This document shows, piece by piece, positions 60,493 to 64,000 of a stretch of 64,000 nt of DNA. Under the pieces are notes generated by a model. It was not told the origin of the DNA, ran no database searches, and saw only the letters and a list, made by a program, of their open reading frames with translations. The number at the start of each line of letters is the position of its first letter. The first letter of the stretch is position 1. The translations under genes were made by a program, and so were the position numbers. This DNA is from Methanobacteriota archaeon (GTDB lineage Archaea; Halobacteriota; Bog-38; Methanoflorentales; Methanoflorentaceae), in contig CAVRAO010000008.1 of assembly GCA_963719035.1 (NCBI GenBank), forward strand, positions 32,001-96,000, given 5' to 3'.

Positions 60493-61758
60493 ATGTTCGA
60501 AATCGAAGGAATTTTAGGAAGACAAGTCCTCGATTCGCGCGGAAATCCTACGGTAGAGGTAGAAGTTTTCACGGGTTGTGGCTTCGGCAGAGCGATCGTG
60601 CCTTCCGGCGCATCCACTGGATCAAACGAAGCGCTTGAGCTGCGAGACCACGAAACGGGCTTCGGCGGAAAAACCGTGTTGCGGGCGGTCAGTAACGTCA
60701 ACGAAATCATAGAAGAAGAGCTCATCGGGATAGACGTTCGAGCGCAGCGAAGCATAGATCAATCCATGATCGATCTCGATGGAACTCCTAACAAGTCGAA
60801 TCTTGGAGCAAATGCAATCCTGGGTGTGTCAATGGCAGTTGCTCGTGCAGCCGCGAATTCAGTCAATATGCACCTTTACGAATACTTGGGCGGCCCAAAT
60901 GCGTGCAGGTTGCCCGTCCCATTAATGAACGTGATTAATGGGGGGGCACATGCGGGCAATGCGCTGTCGATTCAAGAATTTTTTGTGATACCCGTGGGAG
61001 CAGAGACGTTTTCTGACGCTCTCAGAATGGGCGTTGAGACCTATCACGAGCTCAAGCGGGTTCTAAAGGCGCAATATGGACAAGGAGCAACGAATGTAGG
61101 AGACGAGGGTGGATTCGCCCCACCGATTCATTCATCTTCTGAGGCACTTGACGCCATTACGACTGCCATCGACAAGGCAGGTTATGTTCAGGAGATGCGG
61201 CTCGGCGTCGACTGTGCTGCATCTGAGTTCTACGACGACGCTACAGAAACGTATTCCATAGACGGCAACCGACTATCGTCCACAGAACTGTGCAATTACT
61301 ATGAGGATTTGATCGCCCGATACCCCATAATGCTCGTCGAGGACCCACTCAGCGAGGAGGCTTTTGACGACTTCGCACAGCTAACGTCGCGACTCCGCGG
61401 AACGACCATTGTCGGGGACGATTTGTTCGTCACGAACGTCGAACGACTCTCTAAAGGTATAAGTCTTGGAGCAGCAAATGCTTTGCTCTTAAAGCTAAAC
61501 CAAATTGGCACGATGTCTGAAGCTTTCGATGCCGCTACGCTCGCCTTTCGGAATGGGTATACTGTAGTGGTAAGCCACCGATCAGGCGAAACCGAGGATA
61601 CGACGATTGCTGACGTTTCAGTCGCGCTGAGTTCAGAGTTCATAAAAACTGGCGCGCCAGCCCGGAGTGATCGAAACGCGAAATATAATCAGCTCTTGAG
61701 AATCGAAGAATTCCTCAAAGATTCTGCGTTTTACCAGGGCCGACATATGAAGGTCTAA
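60493..61758 (+). CDS. eno: Enolase
   Basis: DSRGNPTVEVE, PSGASTG, GDEGGF, SHRSGET. Confidence 0.98.
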   Translation: MFEIEGILGRQVLDSRGNPTVEVEVFTGCGFGRAIVPSGASTGSNEALELRDHETGFGGKTVLRAVSNVNEIIEEELIGIDVRAQRSIDQSMIDLDGTPNKSNLGANAILGVSMAVARAAANSVNMHLYEYLGGPNACRLPVPLMNVINGGAHAGNALSIQEFFVIPVGAETFSDALRMGVETYHELKRVLKAQYGQGATNVGDEGGFAPPIHSSSEALDAITTAIDKAGYVQEMRLGVDCAASEFYDDATETYSIDGNRLSSTELCNYYEDLIARYPIMLVEDPLSEEAFDDFAQLTSRLRGTTIVGDDLFVTNVERLSKGISLGAANALLLKLNQIGTMSEAFDAATLAFRNGYTVVVSHRSGETEDTTIADVSVALSSEFIKTGAPARSDRNAKYNQLLRIEEFLKDSAFYQGRHMKV

Positions 61759-61911
61759 CCACGCGTCGCCAACTGTACGTTTCCACAGAGCGCAAAAACA
61801 AGAGCGGGCGAAACATTGCACGAAAAAGATCCGTTAGCCGCTATTAAACCAGACCCTCGATTTCATGCTAAGGAACCATAGACGTGCGACCACATCTAGC
61901 GCTCAATTAGA

Positions 61912-61963
61912 GTGATGAAGCCCCGATTGCAAGATGCGGTCGACGGGGGGGATGCACTCCTGA
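61912..61963 (+). ncRNA. Candidate C/D-box sRNA within a hairpin-rich intergenic tract
   Basis: GTGATGA (61912-18) and CTGA (61960-63) span 52 nt; internal D'/C' boxes degenerate. Confidence 0.3.
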
Positions 61964-62221
61964 TTTCCCAGTTTTTGTTCAGGAGCTGCGTGCTCAGATT
62001 TTGAGGGCATGATCCTCGCCGGATACCGGCATCTGTTTCAGACGTACGCAAAAAAGCGCAAGGCTCATCAACGTAAATTTTTGGTTCACGCGGTGAGAAC
62101 GCTTCTTTTAGTTTCGACATGTCGTCCGCATTGTCAAAAGTTAGGGGCATAACAACTACTCTGAAGACCACATCGAAGGCTACTTGTATACTAAACACTT
62201 CTGTCGGAACTGTCGACACTC

Positions 62222-62812
62222 ATGAAAAAAGATGCCTCGCTGCTCATCGCAAGCTTGTTTGCAGTATTTCTAGTAACAACCTGCGTCACAGCAGCTTTTT
62301 GGGCCGGAACGGTGGCGGACAGCCAGACAAATCAACATCAAGGCGTCACTCCGCAGGATGCGACGTCAGATCCACGCGTATTGTTGTTGCAGTCTGCTGT
62401 GCCAAGCAATTCAACACAAGCCAGCCGCGCTTTAGCTGACAACATAACTCGTATTATCGTTCCAATTTCAAGAGTCGAAAATACTTCAAGCAGCAGCGCA
62501 CAGCTTTTCAGCGGATTTGAGTTTCCAACGTGGCTTTGGGTTCCAGTCATCCTTGTTCTCCTCGTGATTTTGGCTTATCTCTTTTTGAAACTGCTTCGTG
62601 ATGGTGACAATGAGCCGCCTGTCGACAAACGACCTCTTGCACCGGCATCCGCTTCGGAAGCTCCGCAGCCATCACGGCAAATTCCAATTAACGAGTCGGA
62701 TATCGAGGCTGAACGAAAAAACAGGTCACTGGTTGCGGCAGAAAGTAAGATCAGAAGTATACCCATAGACGCTTCTGAAGAACGACAAGAACCAGACGAA
62801 GACTCGCCGTGA
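62222..62812 (+). CDS. Hypothetical membrane protein (signal/TM, second TM, acidic tail)
   Basis: Two hydrophobic segments with low-complexity linkers. Confidence 0.65.
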   Translation: MKKDASLLIASLFAVFLVTTCVTAAFWAGTVADSQTNQHQGVTPQDATSDPRVLLLQSAVPSNSTQASRALADNITRIIVPISRVENTSSSSAQLFSGFEFPTWLWVPVILVLLVILAYLFLKLLRDGDNEPPVDKRPLAPASASEAPQPSRQIPINESDIEAERKNRSLVAAESKIRSIPIDASEERQEPDEDSP

Positions 62813-63128
62813 CGAGCGAACAAATGCTAACAATTCATGATCTCTTAACGATAGGCTTCAGCTTCATCTAACAGCCGTCATAAGTCGTCCAGCTCACAAA
62901 TATTGATTTTGAAAAAAGTACCGACGCGGCGCTTTGGCGTTCGACAAGTTCATAGTAGTTACGGCCCATAGTGTCCTTAGTGCGAGCAGCAGGACGAAAG
63001 CGTTTTTTTATAAATAAATGAATAAAATGAATAACGTTGCTACAGTCAATTGCACGTGGATCAACGTTCTGAGAGTCGCTTGAATGCGAGGCGGAAGGGC
63101 ACATACACATATCAGCGCTTATAGAAAT

Positions 63129-64000
63129 ATGGATAACGTGGAGAAAAAACAGGGGCTTAAAGCTCGCAGAGACTTAGACTTCCTCTGGGTGCAGAGGTAT
63201 CGTCCGCAATCGTTTGAAGAGATGGTGGGCCAACCTATTGTTAAGGTCCAACTAGAGCAAATTGTTGAGAGCAAGAACTTGCCCAATCTGCTCTTCAACG
63301 GCTCGGCTGGAACGGGTAAGAGTTCAGCAGCTGAAGTCGTGGCAAGAGAACTTTTCGGCGACGTTTGGGAAGGCAACTTCACAGAACTCAACGCGTCGGA
63401 CATCTTTGAACAGGGCAAGAAGTACCTTGAGGCGTCACGCAGTTTGGCGCGTTTTTACGATGCGCGAAGGGGCGTGCTTGACAACTTCAAACTGATTATG
63501 AATCGACTTGCTGGTATCGCTCCGCTAGCTACTCCATACCGAATTCTGTTTATCAACGACGCTGATGCTTTGACGCTGGACGCTCAGCAAGCGCTGCGAA
63601 GGACAATTGAACGTTACAGTCGAACCTGTAAATTTATCTTAGCCACCGAACGGCCGTCGCGAGTTATTGTTCCCATCAGATCGCGTTGTTTGCCGATGCA
63701 CTTCACGCAGCCCCCCGTAGACGTTACGCTCTCCTTCCTGCAGCATATCGCAAGTGATGAAGGTTTCACGTTATCTGATGAATTAGTTCTTGCTGTGGCA
63801 CGTCACAGTGGCGGCAATCTTCGAAAAGCGCTAACACTGCTCCAGATTGTAGCGGAAAGCAGTTCGTCTGATGCGAATTCGCTTGAGTTAGATACGCTTG
63901 CAGAACGCATGAACCCGACGGGGATTGCCGAGCTGGTGCGACTCGCATTACAAAACGATGCTCCCAAGGCCAGGCAGGTGCTTGATCGTCTCCTGCTTGA
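63129..64000 (+). CDS. rfcS: Replication factor C small subunit, divergent (RFCS2-like); runs off window
   Basis: WVQRYRP, NLPNLLFNGSAGTGKS, ELNASD, AQQALRR, SRC; Walker B reads INDAD. Confidence 0.9.
   Translation, partial: MDNVEKKQGLKARRDLDFLWVQRYRPQSFEEMVGQPIVKVQLEQIVESKNLPNLLFNGSAGTGKSSAAEVVARELFGDVWEGNFTELNASDIFEQGKKYLEASRSLARFYDARRGVLDNFKLIMNRLAGIAPLATPYRILFINDADALTLDAQQALRRTIERYSRTCKFILATERPSRVIVPIRSRCLPMHFTQPPVDVTLSFLQHIASDEGFTLSDELVLAVARHSGGNLRKALTLLQIVAESSSSDANSLELDTLAERMNPTGIAELVRLALQNDAPKARQVLDRLLL

Noticed and set aside
1-64000. Genome-wide recoding of TAG
   Set aside because: TAG ends tbp, nadM, rps15, egsA and the prenyltransferase at their expected termini, so it works as a stop
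63129-64000. Degenerate Walker B in the RFC small subunit
   Set aside because: A second divergent small subunit is established in Methanosarcina-type RFC

Overview
Archaeal chromosomal segment, most likely from a methanogen of the Halobacteriota (ftr, mtd, methanogenesis marker mtxX, TBP, egsA, AcnX-type archaeal mevalonate enzymes, PGF-CTERM protein, and the eIF2g-rpoE1-spt4-rps24e-rps27ae-kae1-bud32-rps15-pcc1 cluster). The exact lineage cannot be fixed by eye. The first ~9.3 kb is an accessory mosaic of decayed mobile-element pieces (phage head-morphogenesis gene fragment, two paralogous integrase-like gene tails flanking a frameshifted trmB, a plasmid/phage-type hypothetical) mixed with stress cargo (flavodoxin, rubrerythrin, ferritin). 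The rest is mostly housekeeping. No rRNA, tRNA or CRISPR array was seen. Main oddities: (1) a thermosome subunit broken by one in-frame TAG inside a novel CxxC-bearing insertion, whose downstream half has its own SD and ATG (natural split, readthrough or error); (2) Hef with the nuclease core deleted in frame; (3) rps24e with six near-perfect 45-bp tandem repeats, followed by an rps27ae that appears to start at ATT; (4) a TrmO-FmdE-like fusion; (5) a cluster of three candidate nucleic-acid-binding proteins; (6) two structured intergenic RNA candidates. Several single-base frameshifts sit in homopolymer runs, so assembly error must be excluded for every disruption reported.
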